Positions 9,810 to 19,020 of a stretch of DNA of 56,841 nt are shown here, piece by piece. How positions within the stretch are numbered: position 1 is the stretch's first letter; every line of letters starts with the position of its first letter. The stretch is taken from IMG/VR virus record IMGVR_UViG_3300023116_000057, positions 1 through 56,841 of that record; one strand, 5' to 3'. The notes under the pieces were generated by a model. It had not been told where the DNA came from. It ran no database searches and saw only the letters and a program-made list of their open reading frames with translations. Both the position numbers and the translations under genes were made by a program. The stretch is from a virus. Its lineage: Duplodnaviria > Caudoviricetes.

Positions 9810-10649
9810 ATGGGATGTGTTTATAGTTCAGAATCGCCAGTAGGAAAATTTTATAAGGGAATGTCCATATATACTATGGAAAAAAGGATGCGTGAACATA
9901 AAAAAAAGATGATGTCAGGTACAAATCATCCATTTTACAATGCTTTGAGAAAATATGGATGGAATAATTTTAAGTGGACTGTTCTATATGAATCTGAATG
10001 CATTGAGGATTTAGAACATGCTGAAAAATTTTATATCAAAAAGTTTAAGACTTACGATAGAAAATATGGATATAACTTGAGACTTGGAGGTGAGGGCGGG
10101 GGAAAACTTTCAGAAGAAACTAAAAGAAAGATAAGTGAAAGTCGTAAAGGTAAAACACTCTCAAAAGAAACGAAAAGAAAGATAAGTGAAAGTCGTAAAG
10201 GCAAAACACTCTCAAAAGAAACGAAAAGAAAGTTAAGTGAACTTAATAAGGGGAAGAAACATTCAAAAGAAACGAAAAGAAAGATAAGTGAAAGTCTTAG
10301 ACAAAATTCGAAGACAAATTGGAATATTGTAAATAATGTCAGACGATTATATTTGGAAGGTTTGAGTCGAAAAGAATTATCAGAGCAATTTAGTTTACAT
10401 TACATACAAATTTGCTTTATTATAAACAACAAAAATTGGTATGACCCAGATTATCAAATCTTTCTAGAAAGAAAGAAAAAAAAACAAGAAGAAATTATAA
10501 ATAATATAAGAAGGGAATTCAAATACATGTCACAAAAAGAATTGGCAACAAAATATAATATGAATACTAGCAATATAAGTAGAATTATAAATAATAAATT
10601 ATGGCATGACCCAAACTACACACCGCCCTCTAAGACAACCAAACAATAG
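9810..10649 (+). CDS. GIY-YIG homing endonuclease with NUMOD3 repeats and C-terminal HTH repeats
   Basis: GCVY...FYKG..R..EH, E..YIK, GYNL..GG; four KxSxETKRK(I/L)SE repeats; duplicated IINNKxWxDPxY module. Confidence 0.85.
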   Translation: MGCVYSSESPVGKFYKGMSIYTMEKRMREHKKKMMSGTNHPFYNALRKYGWNNFKWTVLYESECIEDLEHAEKFYIKKFKTYDRKYGYNLRLGGEGGGKLSEETKRKISESRKGKTLSKETKRKISESRKGKTLSKETKRKLSELNKGKKHSKETKRKISESLRQNSKTNWNIVNNVRRLYLEGLSRKELSEQFSLHYIQICFIINNKNWYDPDYQIFLERKKKKQEEIINNIRREFKYMSQKELATKYNMNTSNISRIINNKLWHDPNYTPPSKTTKQ

Positions 10650-10669
10650 ACCTAACAAAGAAAAAAACA

Positions 10670-11554
10670 ATGTATGATACAATAGTCGGACTTGGTAGAT
10701 TTGGCTCTCAAATCGCCTCTAAATTTAAATTTTTATTCAACACTGAGATTCTTATCATTGATGCAGATGATAAATGCAAAGAAAAGAGTTTCATTCGTGT
10801 GGAAAAGTGTGCAACTCACGAAGGATATGAAAAACTTGGGGTTGTTATCCCGAACAAACATGCGATGCAAGACAAACATGTTTTGTTCTGTGTGTGTGGC
10901 GTCAGTACAGTTTCTGGATTGACACTTAGTATCCTTGAACAACTAAAGAAAAACAATAATAAAATAAGCATCTTGTATTTTTATCCTGAGATGTCATTTT
11001 TACCTAAAGTAAAGAAGATGCAACACAATGTTGTTTTTGGTGTTTTGCAAGAATATACTCGTTCTGGCGTTTTTGATGAATTTCTGATTGTTTCGGAAAA
11101 AAAAATATCGAGTATAATTCCAGGCATCACTTTGGTAAACAAATATGATAAAATTGATGATTTTTTGTGTCAGACAGTCGGACAAGTTTTGTATTATCAA
11201 AACCAAGAACAACTGTTGATGGGGAACCACCCTCAGTTTACTGAGCATTATCGAATTGGCACTTTGGGCGTGATGAACCCTGAAACCGGAGAAGAATTTC
11301 CTTTCTTTGATTTGTCTTTAGTGAACGATTTGGACTCTGACAATGTTTTTGTAATGCCTGATGAAAAACATTATTATTACATTGTTCCGCAAAAAGAAGC
11401 TGAAGAAAACACAGAACTTAGTCAAAAATTGTTTGATTTGTTCGACAAAAAAGTCAAAAATAAAGAAAGAATCACATTCTCAGTCCACTCTTCAGAAAAA
11501 AATACTCAAGATTATTCATGCTTTATACATAAAACTTCGAATATTCAAAAATAG
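10670..11554 (+). CDS. divergent tubulin/FtsZ-family (PhuZ/TubZ-like) protein
   Basis: N-terminal IVGLGRFGSQIA; degenerate signature loop CGVSTVSG; size about 300 aa. Confidence 0.6.
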   Translation: MYDTIVGLGRFGSQIASKFKFLFNTEILIIDADDKCKEKSFIRVEKCATHEGYEKLGVVIPNKHAMQDKHVLFCVCGVSTVSGLTLSILEQLKKNNNKISILYFYPEMSFLPKVKKMQHNVVFGVLQEYTRSGVFDEFLIVSEKKISSIIPGITLVNKYDKIDDFLCQTVGQVLYYQNQEQLLMGNHPQFTEHYRIGTLGVMNPETGEEFPFFDLSLVNDLDSDNVFVMPDEKHYYYIVPQKEAEENTELSQKLFDLFDKKVKNKERITFSVHSSEKNTQDYSCFIHKTSNIQK

Positions 11555-11557
11555 TTC

Positions 11558-11585
11558 TTGACAAAAAAATAATTATTGTTATTAT
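11558..11585 (+). promoter_or_regulatory. tmRNA promoter
   Basis: TTGACA-16bp-TATTAT preceded by AAAATAGTTC, a context shared with the promoter at 12057. Confidence 0.7.
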
Positions 11586-11596
11586 AGAGCGTAATC

Positions 11597-12008
11597 GGGG
11601 TTGCAAAGGTTTCGATTGTTTATGTGGATTCTAAAATGCACGTTGAGGTTCTAGGTGGCCTCATTAAAAACCTAGAAAACAATAAATGGCAAAACTTATG
11701 ATGCAAATCAAGTTTGGGATTTTAGTAACATTTTTGTAAACGATTGTGTTTTCCCAAGTATGAGCCAAGAAGTCGTCTTACAAGCATAAGACGCACCTCA
11801 AAATAATATCCTTTGATGTTTTGAGGTAATCTAAAAGGATAGTTGACAATTATTCTCTTTTGAATTGTCAATGAAGTTACAAAAGAGCGATTTCTAATCA
11901 AACCTTGTCTGTAAGGGAATTAGAAATTGTATTCAAATGTACAGAATAAGCGTGTAGAGTTTTTGATGATATATAGATAAGACGTGGGTTCGATTCCCAC
12001 CAACTCCA
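11597..12008 (+). ncRNA. ssrA: tmRNA
   Basis: 5' GGGGTTG pairs with 3' CAACTCC-A (G3-U alanine identity pair); GGTTTCGA D-loop; T-arm GTGGG-TTCGATT-CCCAC; PK1 (TGAGG/CCTCA, TTCTAGG/CCTAGAA); tag ORF 11688-11789; CCA not encoded. Confidence 0.93.
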
Positions 12009-12056
12009 TATTTTCAAACAAAGAAAAATATTTTGAAAAAAAAACAAAAATAGTTC

Positions 12057-12084
12057 TTGACAAAATAACAAAATTGATTATAAT
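12057..12084 (+). promoter_or_regulatory. sigma70-type promoter
   Basis: TTGACA-16bp-TATAAT with upstream A-tract. Confidence 0.75.
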
Positions 12085-12111
12085 GTGTAAAGTAAGTGAG
12101 GGAACATAACA

Positions 12112-12429
12112 ATGTTCAATTTTTTAAACAAATTTTTTTACAAAATGAAGGAGTCAATTATGACAAAGAGTATTACAATCAAACAAGGCAATTACACAAA
12201 AAAGGATGGTACAAGTAGAGTTGTGAGGTTTCTTACACTAAATCAGATGGGACAAATGGGGATTCTACCCAAAACAATTTCTAGCACTGCTCCATCTAAT
12301 TTAAAAGAAGGACAAATCAAAGTTTGGGACTTCGACAAAAATGGAGTTCGAACTCTCAATACTCCACAGATTGACAATCTTGTGGAAGTAAATTATGATT
12401 TGACAGGTTTTCGAAAAAAATATCTCTAG
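12112..12429 (+). CDS. SH3-fold (DUF2693/WYL-like) protein
   Basis: YTKKDGTSR...KVWDFDKNGVRT motif; alternative start at 12160 with GGAG RBS. Confidence 0.6.
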   Translation: MFNFLNKFFYKMKESIMTKSITIKQGNYTKKDGTSRVVRFLTLNQMGQMGILPKTISSTAPSNLKEGQIKVWDFDKNGVRTLNTPQIDNLVEVNYDLTGFRKKYL

Positions 12430-12485
12430 TCGGTGTAAAATTTACACCATTTTTTAAACAAACTTAGATTCAAAGAGGTAATGTT

Positions 12486-13358
12486 ATGGATTTCATGCAA
12501 AAACTTAAGCAAAAGTACGAAAATTTTCAACAACACGGAACAACCAAAAACGTTGGAAGTTCTGATAGGGTTTGGCCTGAGTACAAAACAAAAGAGGGTG
12601 TTGTGGATAATGTGAGGATTTTGCTTTACCCAGATGGGGATGTTGCAAAAGAATTTGAAATTCTAGAAAGAATTGATGTTGAAGAAGTAGAGGGTTGGAA
12701 GTGGCCGAAAGACAACTTGCCTCTTTGTCCTCAAGGTAACTATGGAGAGAGAAGTGCAATTCAAGAATTTGCTTCCTCTCTTTATATTGATGAAAATGGC
12801 AATAGGATTGGAAAGGACGAAATCGACCCAGAAAGTAAAGAGTTGTTTCGTCGCTTGATGCCTCGCAGATATTGGGTTTTTCGTGTTATTGTTCGCGGAA
12901 AAGAGAGCGAAGGTCCAAAATACTTCAAGACTAAAAATCGAGAAGACTACGAGTATATCGTAGGAAAAATCATGGACCCAGACTTTTTTGAAACCGGAGG
13001 GTTCATCTCTCAAGAGCCAGAGCATACCGCTCACGACTTCAAAATGACTGGCAAGAAGAATGCCGGTGGCTACAAGATGAATGATTTTGATGTATCCATC
13101 AAGCCAACTGTTCTTCTTTCAAAAGATTTTGCATCTTCTTTCGAAGAAATGAAAACGCAAAAGACAAGTCCAGAAGAACTGTTTAAGAGAATTTCTTACG
13201 ATGAAAGTAAAGAAATCTTAAATAATTTTCTTAAAGGTTATTTTGAAGAAAAGGGTTTGGAAAGAGAAAACTTTGTGAAGTATTCCTCTTCAGATTCAGA
13301 AGAAGAGTCCGACCTTGACAAAAAAATGAAGTCCCTGAAGGAAAAAGTTAGCAAATAA
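12486..13358 (+). CDS. single-stranded DNA-binding protein, T4 gp32-like
   Basis: VRILLYP, RLMPRRYWVFRVIVRGKESEGPK, acidic C-terminal tail; adjacent to recA. Confidence 0.7.
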   Translation: MDFMQKLKQKYENFQQHGTTKNVGSSDRVWPEYKTKEGVVDNVRILLYPDGDVAKEFEILERIDVEEVEGWKWPKDNLPLCPQGNYGERSAIQEFASSLYIDENGNRIGKDEIDPESKELFRRLMPRRYWVFRVIVRGKESEGPKYFKTKNREDYEYIVGKIMDPDFFETGGFISQEPEHTAHDFKMTGKKNAGGYKMNDFDVSIKPTVLLSKDFASSFEEMKTQKTSPEELFKRISYDESKEILNNFLKGYFEEKGLERENFVKYSSSDSEEESDLDKKMKSLKEKVSK

Positions 13359-13380
13359 ATTCCTTCTTGGCTTGGTTAAG

Positions 13381-13420
13381 ACACCCCCTTTGATGGCCGA
13401 TTCAAAGGGGGTGTTTTTTT
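13381..13420 (+). terminator. Rho-independent terminator
   Basis: ACACCCCCTTTGA / TCAAAGGGGGTGT 13-bp stem followed by a T run. Confidence 0.88.
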
Positions 13421-13450
13421 ATCTATAGTTTATTTTACGGAGTAAAAAAA

Positions 13451-14575
13451 ATGAAAAAAACAGGAAAAATAAATATTTCAGATATTAAATCTAGATTGGA
13501 AAAGACTAACAAGTCTTTGAAGGGCTATTTTTTGAACGACGACAACATCACAGATGTTAAAGATTGGATTCCAACTGGCAGTCGTTGGTTAGATTCGATT
13601 ATTTGTAAAGGAAAAATTGCAGGAATTCCAGTTGGAAAAATAACGGAGATTGCTGGACTATCTTCTTCAGGAAAGTCATACATGGCAATGCAAATCGCCA
13701 TTAACGCACAAAAGAAGGGATATAACGTCATTTATTTCGATTCCGAAGTAGCACTCGACTCTGAATTTATTCAGCGTATGGGAGCAGATTTGAGCAATTT
13801 TTTGTATTATGCCCCTAGTTCAGTAGAAGAAGTATTAGAGACAATTGAAGAAATTTTGAAGCAATCCACTAATAACTTTTTTATTTGGGATTCGATTGCT
13901 TTTACTCCAGCAGAAGCAGACTTGGAAGGTGATTACAATCCTAATTCTTCTATGGCAGTGAAAGCTAGGATTTTGGCAAAAGGTCTGCCGAAACTTATGG
14001 TTCCTTTGGCTCAAAACGACAGTGCGTTACTTTGTCTGAACCAACTGAAAGAAAACATTCCGACTGGTCCTGGAGCCTTTGCGGAAAAAATGAAATTTCC
14101 ATATAAAACTCCCGGAGGTCTAGCACTTGTATATTCATATTCTTTGCGTATTTGGCTTACTGAGAGAATGGCAAAAAAAATGGACATTGAAAATGAAAAA
14201 GGTTTTAAAATCGGAAATGAGTTGAAAGTAAAATTAGTTAAGTCTCGCTTTGGAACTAAAGAGAGAGTTTGTGCTTTTCAGATTGTTTGGGGCGATTCAG
14301 AAAACATTGGCATTCTTGATGAAAAATCGTGGCTTGAAGTCATCAAATCGTCTGAGTATGTTACGGCTGGAGTTTGGTGGAAGATTTTAAACAAGAAAAA
14401 GCCGGAAGGAGACCCAGACTTTACCTTCAGAAGTTCAGAGTTTGAGAAGAAATTGAAAGAGGACAAGAAGTTTAAAAAAAGAGTTTTGCAGATTATGGAC
14501 GAAGAACTCATTGAAAGTTACGCGAAACAAACAAAAAGTGCTGATTTTTTCAAAAAACTTGAAGATGACAAATAA
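13451..14575 (+). CDS. recA: RecA/UvsX recombinase
   Basis: IPTGS..LD, GIPVGKITEIAGLSSSGKS Walker A, YFDSE, IWDSIA, LNQLKE, TPGG. Confidence 0.93.
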   Translation: MKKTGKINISDIKSRLEKTNKSLKGYFLNDDNITDVKDWIPTGSRWLDSIICKGKIAGIPVGKITEIAGLSSSGKSYMAMQIAINAQKKGYNVIYFDSEVALDSEFIQRMGADLSNFLYYAPSSVEEVLETIEEILKQSTNNFFIWDSIAFTPAEADLEGDYNPNSSMAVKARILAKGLPKLMVPLAQNDSALLCLNQLKENIPTGPGAFAEKMKFPYKTPGGLALVYSYSLRIWLTERMAKKMDIENEKGFKIGNELKVKLVKSRFGTKERVCAFQIVWGDSENIGILDEKSWLEVIKSSEYVTAGVWWKILNKKKPEGDPDFTFRSSEFEKKLKEDKKFKKRVLQIMDEELIESYAKQTKSADFFKKLEDDK

Positions 14576-14581
14576 AAACTA

Positions 14582-14610
14582 TTGACTTGTTGTTTTTTTG
14601 TATATATAAT
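14582..14610 (+). promoter_or_regulatory. sigma70-type promoter
   Basis: TTGACT-17bp-TATAAT; AGGAGG RBS downstream. Confidence 0.75.
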
Positions 14611-14655
14611 GTTTTTATAGTTTGAAACGCCGTTATTATCCAAAAGGAGGAAAAA

Positions 14656-14892
14656 ATGTGGCATCTTGTTTTGTTCGTTCTTAAGTGGCTTTTTGTTGGC
14701 AAACCTAAAGTAAAACAATATTATTTTGTACTAAATGAACATAGTTTTTTAGATTTAGACAAAAAAATCAAAGAAGTTTTGAATACAAAAAAATGGGAAA
14801 TTGTTGACGTAAAGAGAGTTGATGTGACAGAAAGACCAGACAATCTTCGAAAACATAGAATTATTTTAACAATTAGACAAAAATATTATTGA
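14656..14892 (+). CDS. hypothetical protein
   Basis: 78-aa ORF with strong RBS. Confidence 0.65.
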   Translation: MWHLVLFVLKWLFVGKPKVKQYYFVLNEHSFLDLDKKIKEVLNTKKWEIVDVKRVDVTERPDNLRKHRIILTIRQKYY

Positions 14893-15012
14893 GAAAAAAA
14901 ATGAAACATTGTAAGATAGATAAAATTTCCGTGACTTCTTTTTTTATGTTCGTAATTTTCATGACACTTACCGTTATGCCGTTTATTTGCGAATAAACAG
15001 AAAGGCTAGAAA

Positions 15013-15915
15013 ATGTTAGGCTATGCTTGTATCAACACAGAACTTCGAGCAAACAATGTTTTTACAAACAGAACTATGCGTAAAAAAACTTTCCTAGAGA
15101 AAGGTTTGCCTTATGTATCTCAACTGTCTCTACAAAACTGTAGAGACCTCCTAAGCATCCTTCAGTGGAATGAAGCAAACAACATACGTTTTTTTCGTAT
15201 TTCTTCAAATTTGTTTCCTTGGTGTTCAGAGTATTCTTTTTATGACTTGCCAGATGTAGATGAGATTTTTGATATTCTACAACAAATCGGCAAGTTTGCA
15301 AAAGAAAAGCAACATCGCCTAACATTTCACCCAGACCATTTTTGTAAACTTGCATCGCCCAAAGAAGAAGTGTTAATCAATACAATCAAAGAATTAGAGT
15401 TTCATTCTTTTTTAATGGATTGTATGGGCTTATCTAACACTACATACAACAAAATCAACATTCATGTGGGAGCGACATACGGTGACAAAGAAGAAACTGC
15501 AAAGCGTTTTTGTTTAAACTTTTGTAAGTTATCTTCCAACTTGCAATCTAGACTAACTGTAGAAAATGACGATAGAGCATCTTTATTTTCTGCATATGAC
15601 TTATATACAATGATTCATAAGTTTATTGACATACCAATTGTTTTTGACTATCACCATCACAGATTCTGCTCGTCTGACCTAAACGAAGTAGAGGCATTAG
15701 AAATGTCTCTTTCGACATGGCAAGATGTAAAGCCAGCAACACATTACAGTGACTCAAGACAAGTAGAACAAAACGATACAAAAATAAAACCACAAGCACA
15801 TTCTGATTATATTTTTACAAAAATCGATACTTACAACTTAGATTTCGACATCATGTTAGAGTCAAAAATGAAAGAAAAAGCGTTACTGTTATACAGGGAC
15901 AAAATACAATGTTAG
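15013..15915 (+). CDS. uvsE: UV DNA damage endonuclease
   Basis: LGYACIN, IRFFRISS.LFP, RLTFHP, INIHVG, RLTVENDD, IPIVFDYHHH, QAHSDY, DIMLESKMKEKA. Confidence 0.93.
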   Translation: MLGYACINTELRANNVFTNRTMRKKTFLEKGLPYVSQLSLQNCRDLLSILQWNEANNIRFFRISSNLFPWCSEYSFYDLPDVDEIFDILQQIGKFAKEKQHRLTFHPDHFCKLASPKEEVLINTIKELEFHSFLMDCMGLSNTTYNKINIHVGATYGDKEETAKRFCLNFCKLSSNLQSRLTVENDDRASLFSAYDLYTMIHKFIDIPIVFDYHHHRFCSSDLNEVEALEMSLSTWQDVKPATHYSDSRQVEQNDTKIKPQAHSDYIFTKIDTYNLDFDIMLESKMKEKALLLYRDKIQC

Positions 15916-16037
15916 GCTTTTTGTGGAAATTTGTAAGCAATATAGGTTGGGCATGGATATTTTTAGCAATGACTTGGTTTATTGGTTATTTTATTATAAA
16001 AATTATTTACACTAGAACAACAAAATAGGAGGCTTTT

Positions 16038-16274
16038 ATGTCTAAGTGGAATGATGTATCTAAGGAAGAAACTCGTTGTTATATTTTTTCTCAAAACGAA
16101 GACGGAACGGAGGTTTCATATTTAATTCACTCTCCTTCCAAACAAAAACAAAGTGAGAATGGGAACGAACTTGTTTACGATGATGAGGGAGTAAAACATG
16201 AAGTGAGAAATCATTGGTTAGCAATTAGAACTACACCAAAAAACAATAACGTATCAGTTAAGAAGGAGCAATAA
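16038..16274 (+). CDS. hypothetical protein
   Basis: 78-aa ORF, GGAGG RBS. Confidence 0.65.
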   Translation: MSKWNDVSKEETRCYIFSQNEDGTEVSYLIHSPSKQKQSENGNELVYDDEGVKHEVRNHWLAIRTTPKNNNVSVKKEQ

Positions 16275-16276
16275 AA

Positions 16277-16525
16277 ATGGAAGTTAAACTCTATCTATCC
16301 GCTGAAGATGTGGCAGCAACAATTGACGAATTAGAAGGAGAAGAAGAAATTGAGTCTTTTTACGATGATTTTGTTTTCTTCATTTCTGACGCTTTGAAAT
16401 CTCAGAATTCTACGGAATTGTATTCAAACATTATAGAAAAGTTGATTTTAGATATGGCTGTTTTGTCTTACGATGACACTCAAAATTTGTTGGAAGATGT
16501 TTGTGCTAAAATGGAGGGAGAATAA
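16277..16525 (+). CDS. acidic hypothetical protein
   Basis: 82-aa ORF, AAGGAG RBS. Confidence 0.65.
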   Translation: MEVKLYLSAEDVAATIDELEGEEEIESFYDDFVFFISDALKSQNSTELYSNIIEKLILDMAVLSYDDTQNLLEDVCAKMEGE

Positions 16526-16526
16526 A

Positions 16527-16919
16527 ATGAAAAAAATAAGTCTCTTCTTCTTTATGACTATCTTTATTTTTATATTTTCTTTGTCGCTGCCTAAGATTGT
16601 GGCTGGTGGTGAAAATAACAATGGCAATGTTCGTGTGTTTGTTTTGATTAGAACTTTAGAAAAAAAACCAAGGAAAATTTTTGGTCAATTTTTGTTAAAA
16701 AAAAGACTTGTCAGTGCGAAAGTGGTGTCTATAAGTAGAGTTAAGTTTTATAGGTATATCAGAATTGCGAGAGATAAACTTTTGAAAGGAAAAAATATTA
16801 GAACAAAGATTTATGCGTTTGTTGTTTGGAAAAACAAAAGATTAAAGTATATTAGGACAGACAAGAAACGAATTTATCTTTTGCTTCCAAAAGGAACATT
16901 AGGTGCAAAAATCAAATAA
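16527..16919 (+). CDS. basic secreted/membrane-anchored hypothetical protein
   Basis: start moved to ATG 16527 after GGAG RBS; signal-peptide-like N-terminus. Confidence 0.55.
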   Translation: MKKISLFFFMTIFIFIFSLSLPKIVAGGENNNGNVRVFVLIRTLEKKPRKIFGQFLLKKRLVSAKVVSISRVKFYRYIRIARDKLLKGKNIRTKIYAFVVWKNKRLKYIRTDKKRIYLLLPKGTLGAKIK

Positions 16920-16961
16920 TCCAGCCACAAAACCCAGCATAAGACATAAAAGGCAAAAAAA

Positions 16962-18008
16962 ATGAAAAAAACAATGACTGATTCTTTAAAAATTGGTTTG
17001 TCATATGATGATGTGACAATTCAAGATACTTGGTCTACGATAAAAACTAGAGATGAGTGCAACATTGCAACACAATTCACAACAAACCACAGAATAAACG
17101 TTCCAATTATTGCTTCTCCAATGAGAACTGTTTGTGGTCCTGAGATGGCTATTGAATTGGCTAAGTTGGGTGCGGTTGGAATTCTTCATCGCAATGTTCC
17201 GATTGAAATTCAAAAAGAAACGTTTGTGAAAATTAGAAGAATGTATCCTGGCTTGTTGGCTTGTACCTCGATTGGAGTTCAAGATTCTGATATTGACAAA
17301 GCGTTGGAATTACGTCCTGACGTTTTGATGATTGATACAGCACATGCATCTTCTGACAGGACACTGAAGATTCTTAAAATTTTAAAATCAGATAGCACCT
17401 TTAAGTCTGATATTATCGTAGGAACAGTGGGTCATCCTATTGCAATTAAAATACTTCAGGATGCCGGTGTTGATGCAATAAGAGTGGGTATTGGAGGTGG
17501 AAGTCTCTGTTCTACTCGCGTAAAAACTGGTGTAGGTATCCCAAATGTTACTGCTTTGATGGAGTGTGTTGAAGAAGCGTGGGTTCCTGTACATGCAGAT
17601 GGAGGAATTAGAAGTCCGGGTGATGTTGCGAAAGCTTTATCTATCGGAGATAGAACAAACGGGGTAACTTGTGTTGTTCTTGGTTCTCTTCTAGCCGGAA
17701 CAAAAGAATCTCCAGGTCCGATACATCGAAGAGGTCAGTGGCCGAATCAGTGGTTGGTGAAAGAATACTATGGAGAGGCATCAGCAAAGGCTCAAGAAAA
17801 CAAAGATAGACCCAGAATCGAAGGTGAGTACAAAGAAATCATGTACAAGGGCAAAGTAAAAAGAATTGTCAATGATATTTGTGATGGGTTGCGCTCTTCT
17901 ATGTCATATGTTGATGCTAAAACTTTGAATCAATTTCGAGAGAATGCCAAATTCATTAGGAATACTCACTCATCGATTAAAGAAGGCAAACCTCACTTGA
18001 TTTATTGA
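16962..18008 (+). CDS. IMP dehydrogenase / GMP reductase family (no CBS domains)
   Basis: LSYDDV, PIIASPM.TV, IDTAH, RVGIGGGSLCSTR catalytic Cys loop, ADGGIRSPGDVAKAL, LGSLLAGTKESPG. Confidence 0.9.
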   Translation: MKKTMTDSLKIGLSYDDVTIQDTWSTIKTRDECNIATQFTTNHRINVPIIASPMRTVCGPEMAIELAKLGAVGILHRNVPIEIQKETFVKIRRMYPGLLACTSIGVQDSDIDKALELRPDVLMIDTAHASSDRTLKILKILKSDSTFKSDIIVGTVGHPIAIKILQDAGVDAIRVGIGGGSLCSTRVKTGVGIPNVTALMECVEEAWVPVHADGGIRSPGDVAKALSIGDRTNGVTCVVLGSLLAGTKESPGPIHRRGQWPNQWLVKEYYGEASAKAQENKDRPRIEGEYKEIMYKGKVKRIVNDICDGLRSSMSYVDAKTLNQFRENAKFIRNTHSSIKEGKPHLIY

Positions 18009-18022
18009 CGTAGAGAAAAAAA

Positions 18023-18994
18023 ATGAGACTCTTAATAATTGATGGGAACAATAGATTTATCAGTTGTTATATTAAAAATCCATCTATTTCTCCTGATGGA
18101 AAGCCAGTTGGTGGGATAGATGGATTTTTAAAGTCTCTCAATAAACTTTTGAGAGAGACAAAACCTGATAAAGTTTTAATATGTTGGGATTCTCCTGACA
18201 ATGCAAAAAAAAGAAGAAGAATAAACAAAAATTACAAATTAAATAGAAAATCTGCTAGATTAAACAGATTTGTTGAAGAAAAATCAGCAAAAAAGAATGA
18301 AGAAAATAGGAATTGGCAACTTTTGAGTTTAATAGGAATTCTGAATTATCTTCCAGTCTCACAGGTATGTTTGACAAATATTGAAGCAGATGATATTATT
18401 GCTTTTGTATGTAATAATTATAAAAACCACGATAAGATTATTGTGTCTTCTGATAAAGATTATTATCAACTCTTAGATGATTCGACCGTGGTTATGAGAC
18501 CCACTCAGAAAGAAATACTTACAAAATATGATGTGACTGAAAAATACAACATTCATCCAAACAATTTTCCTATTGCTAGAGCCATTGAGGGCGATTCTAG
18601 CGACAATTTAAAGGGGGTAAAAGGGTTAGGTATCAAAACTGTTTCGAAGTTGTTTACAAGGCTTAAGAATGAAGATTTTTTTGAACTAAAGGATGTTTTT
18701 AAGATTTGCGAGGAGAAAGTAAAAAATGAAAAGAATTGTGGTAAATCCATTCACAAAATTTTGGAAAACAAAGAATTGATAGAAGAGAACTATGTCCTCA
18801 TGCAGTTGCAAGTGACAAGAATATCAGTTCAAAATCAAAATGTTATACACTCGATTGTAGAACACAACGATTCCGACTTTAATCAAATATTCTTTTTGTC
18901 TGAACTTATCAATTGTGGGTTGGGCAAAAACAATGAATACGAAGAACTGAAGAAGAATTGTAGAATACTTTCTAACAAAAATTGGGAAGTATAA
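18023..18994 (+). CDS. 5'-3' exonuclease / flap endonuclease (Pol I N-terminal, T4 RNase H-like)
   Basis: LLIIDGNN, YKLNR, EADDIIA, SSDKDYYQL, GDSSDNLKGVKGLGIKT. Confidence 0.92.
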   Translation: MRLLIIDGNNRFISCYIKNPSISPDGKPVGGIDGFLKSLNKLLRETKPDKVLICWDSPDNAKKRRRINKNYKLNRKSARLNRFVEEKSAKKNEENRNWQLLSLIGILNYLPVSQVCLTNIEADDIIAFVCNNYKNHDKIIVSSDKDYYQLLDDSTVVMRPTQKEILTKYDVTEKYNIHPNNFPIARAIEGDSSDNLKGVKGLGIKTVSKLFTRLKNEDFFELKDVFKICEEKVKNEKNCGKSIHKILENKELIEENYVLMQLQVTRISVQNQNVIHSIVEHNDSDFNQIFFLSELINCGLGKNNEYEELKKNCRILSNKNWEV

Positions 18995-19020
18995 ATTTAA
19001 AAGCGAGAGGCAACTAAAAT

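Noticed and set aside
9810-10649. Group I intron around the homing endonuclease; inteins in DnaE, NrdJ, RecA or helicase
   Set aside because: Flanking genes are intact and closely spaced; the proteins are normal length with no intein terminal motifs noticed.
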